From Chara braunii (taxonomy: Eukaryota > Plantae > Charophyceae), in contig BFEA01000018.1 of NCBI GenBank assembly GCA_003427395.1, positions 2,249,722 to 2,313,721 on the forward strand: a stretch of DNA of 64,000 nt. The letters run 5' to 3'. Position numbers and translations under genes: made by a program. This document shows positions 12,101 through 25,440 of this stretch, piece by piece. How positions within the stretch are numbered: the first letter of the stretch is position 1; each line of letters begins with the position of its first letter. The notes beneath the pieces are model-generated. The model saw only the letters and a list, made by a program, of their open reading frames with translations. It had not been told where the DNA came from and searched no databases.

Positions 12101-14760
12101 TATTGGAAATGACTGTGGACAAGACTCCATACCCGAATCCAGGTTTCCTGTGAGTTAGCAACCTAAGGTAGGTCGTGCTCTAGGACCTGTTTGAGACTCG
12201 GGCTGTTGTCTAGCAATTGGAACAAGTCAACATATGCCTGGTCCCAGAAACTCTCGGGGAGGTGGTTGTCTTGTCCGTAACGGGTCTTCAACAGCTCGTG
12301 AAGCCACTCTGCCAGCAGTGTCAGGGCCTTCATTATATCCCCTATATCCCCTTGTGCCTCCGGCTCCGGATCCGTCATGATTACGTCCGGTGAAGGCGGG
12401 GGAGGTGTCATGGCTTCGGGGGATGGAGGAGACGGCACCTCCACTTCCATTGGTTGTGGCCCGAAGGCCTGCTGGAAGGGGTCTGTTGCGTGTAGGTGGG
12501 AGAACGATTGTTGTCTGTTTGCCTGTTGCCCCGGTTCCTGTTCCCCTAATACCCCCTTCTTCTGTCCGGTTCGTTGATTGCCCTGGACAGTGTTGTGGTC
12601 CGTATGTGACTCCATTGCCACTTCGGCAAATACTAGTGAGGATCCAGGTTGCTCTGCCTGGGTGGTCTGCTGTCCGTCCGGGGTCATGCCCCCCTGTAGT
12701 TCCCATAGTGATGCGTTTCCTTTTGGTTGTGTATCATCTCTTGTTGGTACTGTTGTTGTTGCTGCTGTAGTTGGTGCTGCTACAACTTTCATTCCTCCTA
12801 CAGACACGCTCTCTTTTTCGCTTTCTGTTTTGCTTAGCGCCGCAAAGCGGTTCGCATTGGGATGTTGAGTCCTGTGGTCGTTGTTACTATTCATGTTTTT
12901 GCTGGCTTTTCCAGGTTTTTGCATCGCCATCTTGATAAATAAAATAAGATTGCCCAAGAATACAGTGCGAGTCCGCTGACGTTTACAGAGTTGAGCCTGT
13001 TCTGGCGAATTGGAGTCACTTTCGGATCAAAGCGTCCTACAGTTAACCCGTATTTCATATTATACTATACGTGGGGAAGCGCGCGAACAGGCATGAAGCG
13101 TAAAATACGCTGAAGAATCAATACTCGAACGATTGACTAGTTTATTTTTGCATATCCTTTTTATTTGTTTAGGCAAAATCATTTTTGGTTCACCGAACAC
13201 TTTTGGGAACTAACTGCCATAACTTTGTTGTATCTGTATTCTTCAGGAAGTGGCCCGGTTGCGGCTCCTGCAGCAATACCGTGTTTGTGGAGCCCTGGCT
13301 CTTTTTATGTGTCTTCAGATGCTGCTCGACAGAATGGGAAGGTACCCAGTGGTCCGGCTGCCTACTATCCAAGTTCACCACTTCCTTTTTTTTTCCATTC
13401 CCACCCTCTAACTTCCCCCCCTTCCTTGATTTTTTCAACGTATACCCAACCTTCGTGGCCCGGGTCCATCGTTCGCCAACGTGTGGTTTGGATGGGTCTT
13501 GAAGAAGATGGCCCGTGGCTTTTATGCATCTACCGGGGTGGTGTGGACATTCGGCTTCCGAGGCACTGTGTCCTTACTGTTGACATTTGAAGCACCAAGG
13601 ACGTCGCTTATCGGCTGTGTGGATTTTGAAATCCTTGCCCCCAATTCTGAACGGAATTACATCGTTTATCTGACAAATGTGATCCTTGGGTATGTCCAAG
13701 GCCACCATCAAGTGGTCGTCCCGTGGAGCCACGTGTCAAGGCAGGGGATCTACACAAGGTCTTGGGCAAACGCAGATTGGATTGCAATTGGGATGTGACG
13801 ATACTCCACCCAAAAGTAGTTAGACATGAGCTGCTCTCTCTTTTCCTCTCTACTTTGCTAACGTTGGGGGGACCATGGGTGGATACGAACCTCAGATCGT
13901 CCGCAACGTACCCTACGCCAGGAATCCATCATCCTCTTGTCGGCATCGAACACACTAACGACTGTGAAGACCGATGACAAGACTGGCTGCATCAGGAAAA
14001 AAATGTGTGCCCCATCCTCTCTGCGTTTAAGCACTGCGAGCCTTTTTCGTATCCAGCCAATCTTGTCATTGGAGGATTTATACATAGCGTCATCGTGAAA
14101 CACCCAATTGCTCCCGTTCCGTTCTGCAATTTGAGTGTTAGGTAGTGTTTTGACTTGTTATTCCCCCCCCCCCCCTTGATTAATCAAGCGATCCTCGATC
14201 TTAGTCAGAAACTTAGAAAGGAAGAAGGTGCTCGTAGTCATGAGATTGTCCAAGGGGATCTGCCAGGTTTGATCTATTCCTCCCTCCTCTCCTCTGCGGA
14301 TTGCCAGGGATTCCCTACTGTATAGGCACTTTGTTTTGGTCGCTCAGGATGAAGAGGTAGAAGCTGGTGATGCTTGCGCCTCTATCCTCACCTTGGTTGC
14401 CTACATCTCCTTAAGGAGCTCTGTTGATGGGACCCGTGTGCCTTGCTCCCCAACCCCTGAAGTCCCTTTCACGGGGGGAGGCTCTACCATGACCACATCT
14501 TGGAAGTGTTGGCCATCCAAACCTTTAGAATTTCTTCCCCTGGCCAAGTGGTGCATTGCCCCTTAATAATAAATTTGTGCGGCCCACCCTCCTGTTTCTT
14601 TTGTTTGTTGTCATACTGGTTACTATTGAGTTCTTTTGTATTCTTTTGATCCGGCCCTGTTGTAGCGTCTGACTTTGTTTACAGTAATCTGGGGTCAAGT
14701 GACCAGTTTTTTCTTTTTTTGATTTCTTCAACCCTCCCCTTCAGTCGAGGTTACACCCTT
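9105..14760 (-). mobile_element. Degenerate L1/Tx1-like LINE (ORF1, APE endonuclease, zf-RVT; RT core deleted; internal inversion)
   Basis: Endonuclease motifs NVNDL...VCVQETH (about 11310-11220) and CIYAPN...ILAGNFN (10875-11108). zf-RVT WCQRC...ETIEHIFMQC and WALWWQRC (10083-10500). ORF1-like RIHPW (about 13880). 3' UTR at 9117-9230. The 5' boundary is approximate. Confidence 0.85.
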
Positions 14761-15119
14761 CTCCCAACCGAACAGAAAGGAAAGAAGTTTCACTCCTAAC
14801 AGGTAAGCCCAGGCAAGCTATTTGCTATCTTTAGTTCAAGGGATAAATGGTTCAGCAGATGCCCTTCTCCTAATTAAACAGTAAAGGGGAGCATGAAAAT
14901 CTTAGTTTAAGGGTGATAGATCACGTTTAACTTGTAGGAACTATCCCGGGAAAACAAGTTAATCCAGGTGAACAGGGGGGGGTCGAGTTATCCGAGCTCT
15001 TAGTTTGGTGAAAATTGCTCACCCAGTTCCACTCTCCTCCTCCACTTGCCATGTTGCTCGCGGGGCCCCGTGAGAAGGTGGGTTGTGCCTGAGAGAAGGT
15101 TAACAACAGTCGTATTTTT

Positions 15120-15510
15120 CATCACCACTTCAGGACACCCTCCACCACTTCAGCCTGCCTAAACAGGTGGTTTTCAGCGTCTTCAGACCTTTCACCAGTT
15201 CAGTATCATTCAGATATGAAAATCATCAATGGTCCTGAAGTGGTGAAAGCTCCGAAGACCCTGAAAACCACCTGTTTAGGCAGGCTGCATCCTCAAGTGG
15301 TGAAGGGTGGTATTCATGGTTTTCAGACCTTTCACCACTTCAGGACCATTCATGATTTTCAGACTGCCCAAAACTCTCACTTGACCACTTCAGGACACCC
15401 GTTACCACTTTAGGATACATCTTGCCTAAACAAGTGGTTTTTAGGGTCTTCGGACCTTTCACCACTTCAGGACCATTCAGGATGTTCAGACTGCCCAAAA
15501 CTCTCACTTC
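15120..15510. repeat. Degenerate repeat built on caccacttcaggac, with one inverted unit
   Basis: The motif recurs at least six times. 15230-15305 is the reverse complement of 15420-15478. Confidence 0.8.
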
Positions 15511-18099
15511 ATAATTTTCATTCCTGAATTTTCAGCTACCCGATAACCGCTTGTGTTGTGCCTCCATCTTTGCTGTACTGCCTAGTCCTGTTGTGCTCGG
15601 TGTCTAGGGCAGTCGCCCAGAACACACTCACATGTGGCATTCTTCGTACTAATCGAGTCATCACTTGGGAGACTTTGTGGCGAGTGCCTCCTGCAAGGGA
15701 TGTCGGCAGCCTCCCCATGTTGAGTCGACGGGCCTAAGACTCTGGACCATGGCTTTACCCTCATACTACACTCCCTCTTTCTACTTTGGGGACCACATTT
15801 CACAAACCTTCCCTTTCTAAGAAGACAAAATATCCTGATTTTAAAAAATACCATACTTATGACCTCGACAATACAAGGTGAGAATTAGGAAAAGAACTTA
15901 AACGGGGATTCACGTGCTAATCTCCTGATTTTGAAAAATACCATACCTAAGATGTCGACAATACAAAGTGAGAATCGGAAAAGGGACTTCAACATAGATT
16001 CCCGCGTTAGTTGCGCAACACTAACCACACATCCTACTCATGATCCTCTCGATGGTAACCCCGTTTGCTTTTCCTCTCATCACCGCTATTCACGATAGTG
16101 TAATAGAGCTAACTGGGTTGCATTCATCACTGGAAGATCAAGGGGGTAAAGATTATATCAAGTTCTGAGTGTTAGTAGACTCAAGTCACTCAACGGTATA
16201 GATGGCATTTTTCTCTTCAAGAATATTAGATGCATGTGGTTCGGAAGAAAAAAAAAAATGAAAACATTATCAGACCAACATCATAAAAGTGTCACTCCTA
16301 AAAAGTTAAAAAAATTATTGACCATTTGCTTATAAGGATGAATTTCTTATCGACAAGGCTTCAAAGTTCAGAAGCAGCGAGATAATTTAACCATCCCTAC
16401 ATATCAGAAATCCTTTTCCTTCATAAATGAAAACTTACACCTTTTGCCGTCCTCATCATGACACTTCGACCTTGTTGCAAGACCCTCAGAGGACATTATC
16501 TAACAAATGTGAGTTGCAACAAAAATGGTATTGATCTTAGTGGTTTGCATATTTAGTCACGAGATAAAACAAATACAATGAAGGTGTACAACATTAGAAT
16601 GATGTTGAAGCTATTGAATAAGGTAGGAGATGAAATTGATAACAAAGAAAATCAAGAATGTTGTTGAAGCTATTGAATAAGGTAGGTGATGAAACTATTT
16701 TTTAGCAGTAAGACCTTTTCTAAGAGGATAGTCACTGACTCAAAGAGGTAGGTGTCAAGAAAAATCCAGTTTTGTGATTGGTGGAGAAAAATTGTAGAGA
16801 GGCGAAAATAAAATAATAGTAAATGCACCAAAAACAGGAACAAGGAAAAGAGGGAAAAAAATACAGAAAGGTATGCATTAATGAAAAAAAAAAAAAAAAA
16901 CATTTTTTTTAAGGCGTATGAGATCATTTATTTTCAAAATTGTGGCAAAATCATAGTGTAGGTTTCTCTTTCAACGGTAAGGAATGTGAAAGATTGGACA
17001 TAAATACAATAAAAATGACAAAGATATCGACGTTGAAGGAATGATCAACCTGCAAATAGAAGAGATAAAACAATTTAATATTTGAACTGCAAAATACATT
17101 CCGATGTTCCAAAACCTGTTGATGGTCCCCATGCCCGTCATTGGTGTTGTTCTTCAAAGCTACGAGTGTTCTAAGATGGATTCAAAAACTCGATTCGGTC
17201 ACAATTAAAAATGTAAAAAAAAAAAAAAATTGTCGATCTGCTATGTGGGAGTTGTTCGCTTGAAGGTATTCTTTTATTGATCTACTAGTCCAATCGATCT
17301 TAGCAGTAGACTGATCATTGTCATGCATAGGCCGCGCGGACTGATCCAAATATACACAGTGCCCCAAAGCTTGACAATTGAGGTTACAGTTATTCAACGA
17401 GATATAATAAAAGTCATGCAGGACATTTCATAAAAAACCACCAACCCTTAAATGGATGATAGCCCTGTAAAACGACCTATTAAAGACAATAATACAAAAT
17501 TGGAGGCAAAAGTTCGTAACTTTGTGAAGGAGAATGCACAAGGAATGACCAAGTCAAGTATAACATGACCACCAGTGGACCTGAATCCCTTCTTATCTAA
17601 ATACTATTTCGATTAAGATTTTCCTATGTAGGGAAATCCCCGCGTTCTAGGAAAATCGACAAAATTGTAAAAGAGTAAAAATACAATTACCTAACTAGGC
17701 TGCCAGTTGTCTATTCGTCTCCGGAAGATGGTCAGGGCGGAGTTCTCCAGGATCCCGAACAACGTTTTCTTTGGCTGAAAAAAAAAACAAAAAAAAAAAA
17801 AACGAAGGGGGTCCGCGCACCACTAGTGGCTCCCCAAAAACAATTTCAAGTTGTTTTGAGCAAATAAATAAATTCAAAAACAGTGTGCGACGTGTAATGG
17901 TGGGATATAGGGGGAATGGATTGCTTGGGGGTTTCAAATGGAGGGTCTGCTGCTGCAATCAGCAACTGCTGCACATGCAGCGACTGTTGCTGCGTCGTCT
18001 GACGCAATGTGTGGACCGTTGCTGCACCATCATCGCGCGGTGACCTCGGCCTCCCCCCACTCCTCTCAGCCCGCAACCAACCCTCGGCACGTTTTTCTT

Positions 18100-19960
18100 T
18101 TTTTCCAACTCAATCAATCAATCAATTGGGATCCCCTTTAACTGATTGATCCGATAGGATATTGATCAAGATCCTATCAAATTAATTGATTTGATGGGAT
18201 CCCGATTGATTGATTGATTGTATTGATTGATCGAGTGCAGGAGAAAAAAAGCAGAGGAGAGGGGGCATTATTGCGTCGACAGCCGTGGCGAGAACGTGGG
18301 GATGTCCACGCGAGTGCAGCGGCTAGTGAGGACGCGGTATAACATGAAAGGAATGACGAAGATGAAGAGGAGGAGGAGGATAAGGCGGGGGAAGGATGAC
18401 CGGAGGACAGCAGCAATGGGCAAAGACGACGAGGGCAACGTGGAGGACGAGGAGGTTGAGGAAGAAGAAGAAAAGTAGTAGGAGAAGGAAGACGGCCACA
18501 GTGCCCAAAAGGGCGACGCAGGGAATAGCCACGGCGAGGATGAGTACGAGAAGGAGGAGGAAGAGGTGAGCTAGACACTGTGGAGGAAGAAGAGGAGGAG
18601 GAGGAGGAGGATGCGGAGCGGGCCGAACCTCCGCCATCACCGCGCCGTAACCTCAACCCCCCCCCGACATTTTTTTTTTTTTTTTTAATCGATCAGTCAA
18701 TCATTGTCAACCCATAAATGCAATCAATCAATGTCCCCTCCCCTCTGTGCTTGTTTTATCCCACAATCAATCAATCAATAAATCAATCAATTGACCAATC
18801 AATCAAGATAATCAATCAATCAATGAGTTGGGATCCCGTTGAATCAACTGATTCGATAGGATCTTGATCTCAACATCCTATTGAATCAATCGAGTCAGCA
18901 GGATTTCCATTGATTGATTGATTGATTGATTATATCGATTGATTGATCAATTTATTTATTGATTGATTGATTGATTGATTGTGGGAAGAAACAAAGCAGA
19001 GAGGGGAGGGGACATTATCACATCGACAACCATAGCGAGAACGTGGGGATGGCGATACGGCTGCAGCAGTGAGGGAGGACGTGGCATAGGAGAATTGGAT
19101 AACGAAAAGCGGGGGAGCGGAGGGGGAATTAGGAGGAGGAGGCGGCGGCCACAGCGATGATCAAGGATGACAATGATGACACCGACGAGGAGGAAAAAAA
19201 GGGGAATAACGACGATGACGAAGAGGGTCCCATGGCGATGGACAAAGGGGAGGAGGAGGAGGAGGCGTAGGAGGACAAGGAGGTAGAAGAAGAAGACGAG
19301 GGGAGGGAGGATGAGGCGCAGGAGGGCGAAAAGGAAGACGAGGATGAGGAGGGAGAAGAGGAGGAGGAGGATAGGGAAGAGGAAGAGGAGTAGGACCAGG
19401 AGGAGGACGACGATGACAAAGAGGGTGCCATGGTGATGGACAAAGTGGAGGGGAAGGAGGAGACGAAGGAGGACAACGACGACGAGATGGACAAGGTAAA
19501 ATAAGAAAACGTGGGGGAGGAGGACGAGGCGGAGGAGGAGGATGGGGAAGAGTAAAGAAAAGAGGAGGAGGAGGAGGATCGGGAGCGGGTCTCTCCTCCA
19601 CCATCACCACACAGTCACATCAACCCCCCCCACGCTTTTTTTTTCATCAATCAATCAATCAATAATGTTGATCCCATCGAATCGATTGCTTCAACAGGAT
19701 CTTGATATCAACCCAAATCCTATCGAATGAATCGATCCGATGGGAATGATTGATTGATTGATTGATTAATCCATCCATCAATCAATAATGACGATCCCAT
19801 CAAATCGATTGATTCAACAAGATCGTGATATCAACCAAGATACTGTCGAATCAGTCGATTCGATTCGATGAGAATGATTGATATTGATTGATAGATTATT
19901 TGTAATCAATCCATCCATCCATCCATCAATCAATCAAATCAATCAATTAATCAATCAAAG
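18100..19960. repeat. Higher-order repeat of ATCA/TGAT tracts, palindromic cores and GAG-rich blocks
   Basis: Four gatccc...aggat-ttgat-atcctat...ggga palindromes at about 18127, 18829, 19670 and 19793. GA-rich blocks at 18240-18660 and 18985-19630. Confidence 0.8.
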
Positions 19961-19968
19961 TTAAGATC

Positions 19969-20006
19969 CTGTCTCTTATACACATCTAGATGTGTATAAG
20001 AGACAG
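19969..20006. other. Nextera mate-pair junction adapter (assembly artefact)
   Basis: Exact CTGTCTCTTATACACATCT+AGATGTGTATAAGAGACAG (head-to-head Tn5 mosaic ends). Confidence 0.98.
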
Positions 20007-20402
20007 GGGTTTGATCTCGCGACCTGCTTGTGTGTGTACAATTTAGCCACACGGGCTGGGTGCTGCCGCTGCCTCCATAAAAATGTGTCAGCCACTGTGA
20101 TAGCCACATGGGCTGGGTGCCGGTGCCTTGATTAATATGTGCGCACACAGGCAGCCACTGTGACAGCTACATGGACTCGGTGTCGGTGCTTCGATTGAAA
20201 TGTGTGCTGGACAGACAGCCACTGTGACCACAATCTGTTAGTGGACAGATGGAATGTTTGGGTGTAAATCGATCCGTCATGGGGACTGTTTTTTCTTCGT
20301 TTGTTTGTTAAAAGGGCGACGGCCTCGAGATGTCATATCATTGAAGCTGATTGAACCAAAAAAAAAAGAAAAAAAAAAAAGAAAAAAAAAAACGGAAAAA
20401 AA

Positions 20403-20535
20403 AGTTGATCGAACCGACCGGCTGCAGGTAATTCAGAGTTATTTTTTATTCTGGTCGTCTGATCGTATCTGGGTTCGAACTTGGGTCAGTATTTGTGCAG
20501 TTTCTGGGTGTACCAACTGAGCTAGGCCCGTTGGT
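20403..20535 (-). mobile_element. tRNA-derived element of the same family as 27.5-28.0 kb
   Basis: Minus strand gggcctagctcagttggtacac...ccaagttcgaaccc...tctgaattacctgcagccggtc. Related degraded heads at 1755-1826 and 29160-29272. Confidence 0.7.
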
Positions 20536-20589
20536 TCCTGGGAGCTGATTTTTTTTTTGGGGGGGGGGNAAAAAAAAAAAAAAAAAAGA

Positions 20590-21285
20590 GGAATGGGAGG
20601 GGAAATTAGGAGTAGGGAGGAGGAGGAGGAGGGCGATGGTGACGACTTGAGGGACAACGAGGTATACGCCGCCGCCCAAATCCAAAGAAGAAGAGGAAGT
20701 GGAGGAGGAGGAGGAGGAAGACGAGGACGACAGGGGTAAAGAGAAAGAGAAGGACGAGGAGGAGGATTGGGAAGAGGAGGAGGAGGAGGAGGAGGAGGAG
20801 GAGGAGGAGGAGGGCGAGGAAGAGGAGGAGGAGGAGGAGGAGAAGGACGAGGAGAAGGAGGAGGGCGAGGAGGAGGAGGAGGACACCGAGGTAGAAGGAG
20901 ATGGGGGGAGGCGACGGAGGAGGAGGAGAAGGATGAGGAGGAGGAGGGCGAGGAGGAGGAGGACACAGGTGGGGGGAGGCAGAGGAGGAGAAGGAGGAGG
21001 AGAAAGAGGAGGAGAAAGAAGCAGAGGAGATGAAGGACGAGGAGGAGGAGGAGGAGGAAAAAGAGGAGGACGAGGAAGAAGAAGAGGTGGATGAGGAGGA
21101 GGAGAGAAAGGACCGGGACGACGAGGACGGGGAGGACGGGGAGGAAGAGGAAGAGGAGGAGGAGGAGGAGGAAGATGAGGAAGAGGAAAACGAAGAGGAG
21201 GAGGACGAGGAGGAGGAGGAAAAAGAAGAAGAGGAGGACGAGGAAGAAGAAGAGGACGACGAGGAGGAGAGAAAGGACCGGGACT
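20590..21285 (+). repeat. (GAG/GAA)n low-complexity tract, continuing at 22300-22510
   Basis: Direct inspection. Produces spurious poly-E/R/G ORFs. Confidence 0.9.
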
Positions 21286-22959
21286 ACGGTTAGGCTTTGA
21301 TTGAGAATTGAAAACCCATCAAAATTGGTTGTGAGACGGCGCACTGTAAAAATAGGGGTAAAAAGTTATTTTATCTATAGAAACGTTTATGCCCAATGGA
21401 TTATTGGAACCATATTGATGTAAAGCAGCAATATGATGAAAACTAGCACCTGCAATTATAAAAGTAAGTAATGAAGACCGAAAAAACGATTGTTAACCTA
21501 AACCATCTCACTGCTGATATGGCTCGGCTTCCAAACCATTCGTGAGACTTTCGCCTCATCTGACTCTTCTCGTAATCTATATTCATATTTGCTCTTTCTT
21601 ATGGTGTGGAATTTATTCAAATGTTTATGTAACCTAAGTCTCTAGTAAACTACGTCACCATCAAATGGACTCATGGTGGAACAAACCACTTCGTGTTTGC
21701 AACTCTTTTTTATCCAACTCAATCGAATGAGATTGAACTGGCGCCGTTGTCACTTCGTGGCCTTGGACATGTAAGAGTCATACAAAACCCAAATGTCTCT
21801 GTATTTCTTACCGTGAAAACTAAGTCCATGAAAACCATGTCCATGGGCTCATCAATAGAGTTGCTCCGTCCAAGAAATAAGAGGAAACACTTCTTTCGCA
21901 AACTCGTTTTGTAATACAATCTCACAAAGGTTCGCTGCACACAGACTCATCAGCGCTTTGGCTCCGTTGATTTCAGGTTGGGGAAACGACCATCGTTCTC
22001 TTAAGTTAAGAAAGGCCTCCTTATCTATCGGGAGTGGTATGCTCGGGCGCTGTTTAACATGATAAAGAAAGCGACCTCTGTGCAACCCATCTCTGATCGG
22101 CCTAGGCTCGCCATCTACGTGCTCGGTGTGAATGGACCTTATTGTTTGGCCAAACAGATTTGTAACTTGGTACATGATATTTGTCCGCAAAGCTAGAGCT
22201 TGGCGATAAAGTTAAATTCTTGTCTGCATTTATCAATCTTGGAAAACCAATAATACGATGGAAGCACCTGTATCTGATATAATAAAACACCTGAGTAGAT
22301 AACGAGGACGACGAGGATCCCACAAAGGACTAGGAGGAGTAGGAGGAGGACGAGAAGCACAAGGACGAGGAGGAGGAAGAAAAGGAGGAGAATGAGGAAC
22401 AAAAGGAGGAGGAGGAAGACGGGAGGATTTGCAGGAGGACGAGAGGAGAACCAAAAGGTGGAAGAGGAGGAGGACGAGGAGGAGGAGGAGGTGGAGGACG
22501 GAGGAAAGGAAACTCATCTTGCACAGGCAGACGATGGCGAGTGGGTTGCAACCGCTGGGCGTTGGAGTCCGACAACTACAACGTCGAACTCCGCCGACGG
22601 GGCAGGACCAAGTCGAGCACGCGAGAAAGCTGCAATGCCTCGGAATTCAAATTTGACTTCGGCCCAATCCAGGGCGTTAATCTCGACGAGTCGACGACCC
22701 GGATCGGGCCATTTTCATCTGCAGTTTTCGGGGCCCCACCGGCCTAAAAAAAAAATTCATTCGGTCCCCCCCCTTCGCCCCTGGCCGCTTCCCAACCTCA
22801 CGACGCCCGATTCCTCATGGAAGTGCCCACCTATTTTCCCCACCGATTGGACCGAGGGGCCCAGGTGGACGACCGACCGGTTGTCCGATCGAACAGTACA
22901 GGACGGTCAAGGGGGGGTGCGGACGTCCGATCCGGTAACGTAATTTTAAAATATATAAT

Positions 22960-23560
22960 TGTTGCTTCTAGCGTTACAGGGTGTGCCGTTCTTCAAGGAC
23001 ATTTATTCCCAGGCTTGCCACCATAGCAAAACCTCTTCAAGAGAGAGATAAGGGGTTCACTCAGATGACAAGAAACGTAGAGACGCCAAGTATTTTACAT
23101 GTGATGTTGAAAAATTAAAGATAGATTTCGCAAACACACACCCTATTTTGATAACAAAGCCAAAGAACCTTTTACTATTGAAGCAAATGGAGGACCAGTA
23201 GCACTTGGCGGTGTATAAACAGAAGAGGATGAAAGCGGTAAAGAGAGACTTTTAAGATTAGAGAGCAGAAGAATAGACAACACACAAGGCTACACTTAGT
23301 GCAAAAAGGAGTTGCTTGTTATAATTCACTTCCTAAGAGTTCTCAAACATTATGTTACGGGAATAAAATTTGTGTCAACAATGGATTCAACTTCAGTGTT
23401 GGAAGCAATACGTAAGTACCAACGAGTGTATTCCATTGCAATCGATGGATAACATATAATGTTAAATTCATGATTTCATCGCACAAAAGTTTCCCACAAA
23501 CGATGGATAACCACCTTCATAGAGGCAATTGGGATGAGGAGGAAGTGGCAGAAGTACCCC
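22960..23560 (+). mobile_element. Degraded Ty3/gypsy pol (RT-RNase H) remnant
   Basis: EPFTIEANGGPVALGGV*TEEDESGKERLLRLESRRID..Y.*CKKELLVIIHFLRVLKHYVTG..F, a gypsy RNase H pattern with stops. Confidence 0.75.
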
Positions 23561-24789
23561 CTAGGGTCAATGTCTTTCTTCTTCAAGAGGAATCAAACAA
23601 AATGCCCCGAGGAAGCATTATTACTACGACTAAAGTTGCCACTCAAAGACAAAGATGATTGGGAAAAATTTATAACTTCTTTTTTTTTTTTTTAACACAA
23701 ACACTCACTCGAGCCCCATCTATTTTGGGGCCCGACAATTCAGCTACTTATCACTGACAAGCATGAGTTAGACGATGAGAAAGGCAGCTTTGCATGCCCA
23801 CTAGACCCCCAGGGCAGCGAGCCCTTATTCTCCTATAAAAGGGGACAGTTCACCATTTATGTGCTCGGATTTCTCTAGCCAGGAGACGCCCAGCACACCC
23901 ACATGTTCAGGGGAAATCTGAGCCACGATCATCAGCCACCTCTATATTCGAACGTTGCTCTTCCCTCCTGAACTCTGCCACACTTCATGCGGCGGCCACA
24001 TCAATTTACTATGGTTCAACGAAAAACCCTTGCAATTCGAATACGACATCCACCCTACTTCTTTTAAAGTTATTATCTTTAATTGACGTCCCATAACCCG
24101 ACCCTCCACAAATTCATCACAATATTCATATCATAAAAATCTGTCATTATGTATTCAGCATGTCATTCCGAACTCTACCACTTTGCACCATCTCGAACCC
24201 ATAACATCATCTATCAGTACCTTTGCTCCGTAAACATTTGAGATGATATCCGAAAGCAACGCCTCTGAGTCAACCAAGGAGATCCCATAGACCCCAGCCC
24301 GACACTCACTGTACCCAAGTTATACCCTGCATATCCTGCCCAAAAAAGACCAATGCTATTGTACAATGGTACTACAACCCCATTCACATCCTATCATTCG
24401 TAGCCGTATTATCTCGCTAACTAATGTATTCGTTGCACGTACATTATCTTACACTAAATCTCTGCCATTGCGGTCTAAGCTGCTCATTCTCGATTATCAT
24501 CCGCCAACTCCTTGTGGCCATATCTCGCTTTCACCCCAATCCAACCCACTCCCTACTCTCCAGTTGGTTCTCTTCCCCTGTTAGTCTAATAATCGTTCTA
24601 GTCCCGACTCGCTTATTGTTTTCCATTCTGATTCCCGTTGCCTTGCGACACCTATGACGAGCGGCCTTCGCTCTCCTATGCAGAAGATTCTGTTTTGTAT
24701 TAGCTCTGTTTCATAGCTCAGCAGGATTCCAACGTGCCTTTGCAAGCTTCCAAGTTAACCAATGCAATGCTAGGAACAGTTTCCACGCT

Positions 24790-25440
24790 CTAAAAAACAG
24801 GGAGCTTTCCGTCAATAAGCTCTGTGGCTGGAGGTGTCTTCTTTGAACACAGGCTGCACTGGCGTGTCTGAGTGCAGCCTTCACCGCCACTCTTATGGTT
24901 GCTATCGCTGCCTCCTCTCACCACCACACATCTCGTAACCTGGATTCCCTGGCATACTGCCTGTTTGCTCCCCATGCTTTCGCACCACAGCGTCAGTAGA
25001 GACCCAGAAAGCTGCCTTCGCTTTTGGTGTTCCTTCTAAATCTAATATCTATGAATTTCATCTCTACACTAGAAATTCCACTTTCCTCTATCTTACTCCA
25101 GTGAACCGGTTTTGAAGGCATTCCACCAGTTGAGCTGGCGATCACTTTATTGTTGTCTGCTCTCTTTTTTCTCTCTAATGGGCCTGAAAAGGATGCCCTG
25201 CGGTGCAAGCAGGTCTTTAGTAAGCAGGGTAAGGCTTGTCATCTCTTGCTCCCACCGTTCCCAAAAAGCGAACAATATATTTGCACTGCACGAACAAATG
25301 CAGATTGTTTCTTCCTCCCGAAAGCGCGTCCGACATTTAGCGTCATGATACTGAGATTTTGTCGACTGTCATTCCATTGTTGCAACTGCGAGGTGCACTC
25401 TTATCGACAGGCGACCAGCCTGTTTCTGGAAAGTACCCCT
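24790..25440 (-). mobile_element. Degraded LINE ORF2 C-terminal (zf-RVT) fragment
   Basis: Frameshifted KCRTRFREEETI/LHLFVQCKYIVRF at about 25345-25260. Boundaries are approximate. Confidence 0.5.

Noticed and set aside
19969-20006. Horizontal transfer of Tn5/IS50
   Set aside because: The mosaic end is synthetic, and the head-to-head form is the library adapter.
20439-21344. Poly-E/poly-L/poly-P ORFs here and at 18177-19610 and 45410-47116
   Set aside because: Products of GAG/CTT trinucleotide tracts inside repeats, open in several frames.
17696-22942. Single large hAT-like element (taggctgccag...ccggtaacgta)
   Set aside because: TIR match is weak, there is no TSD, and a chimeric adapter junction lies inside.
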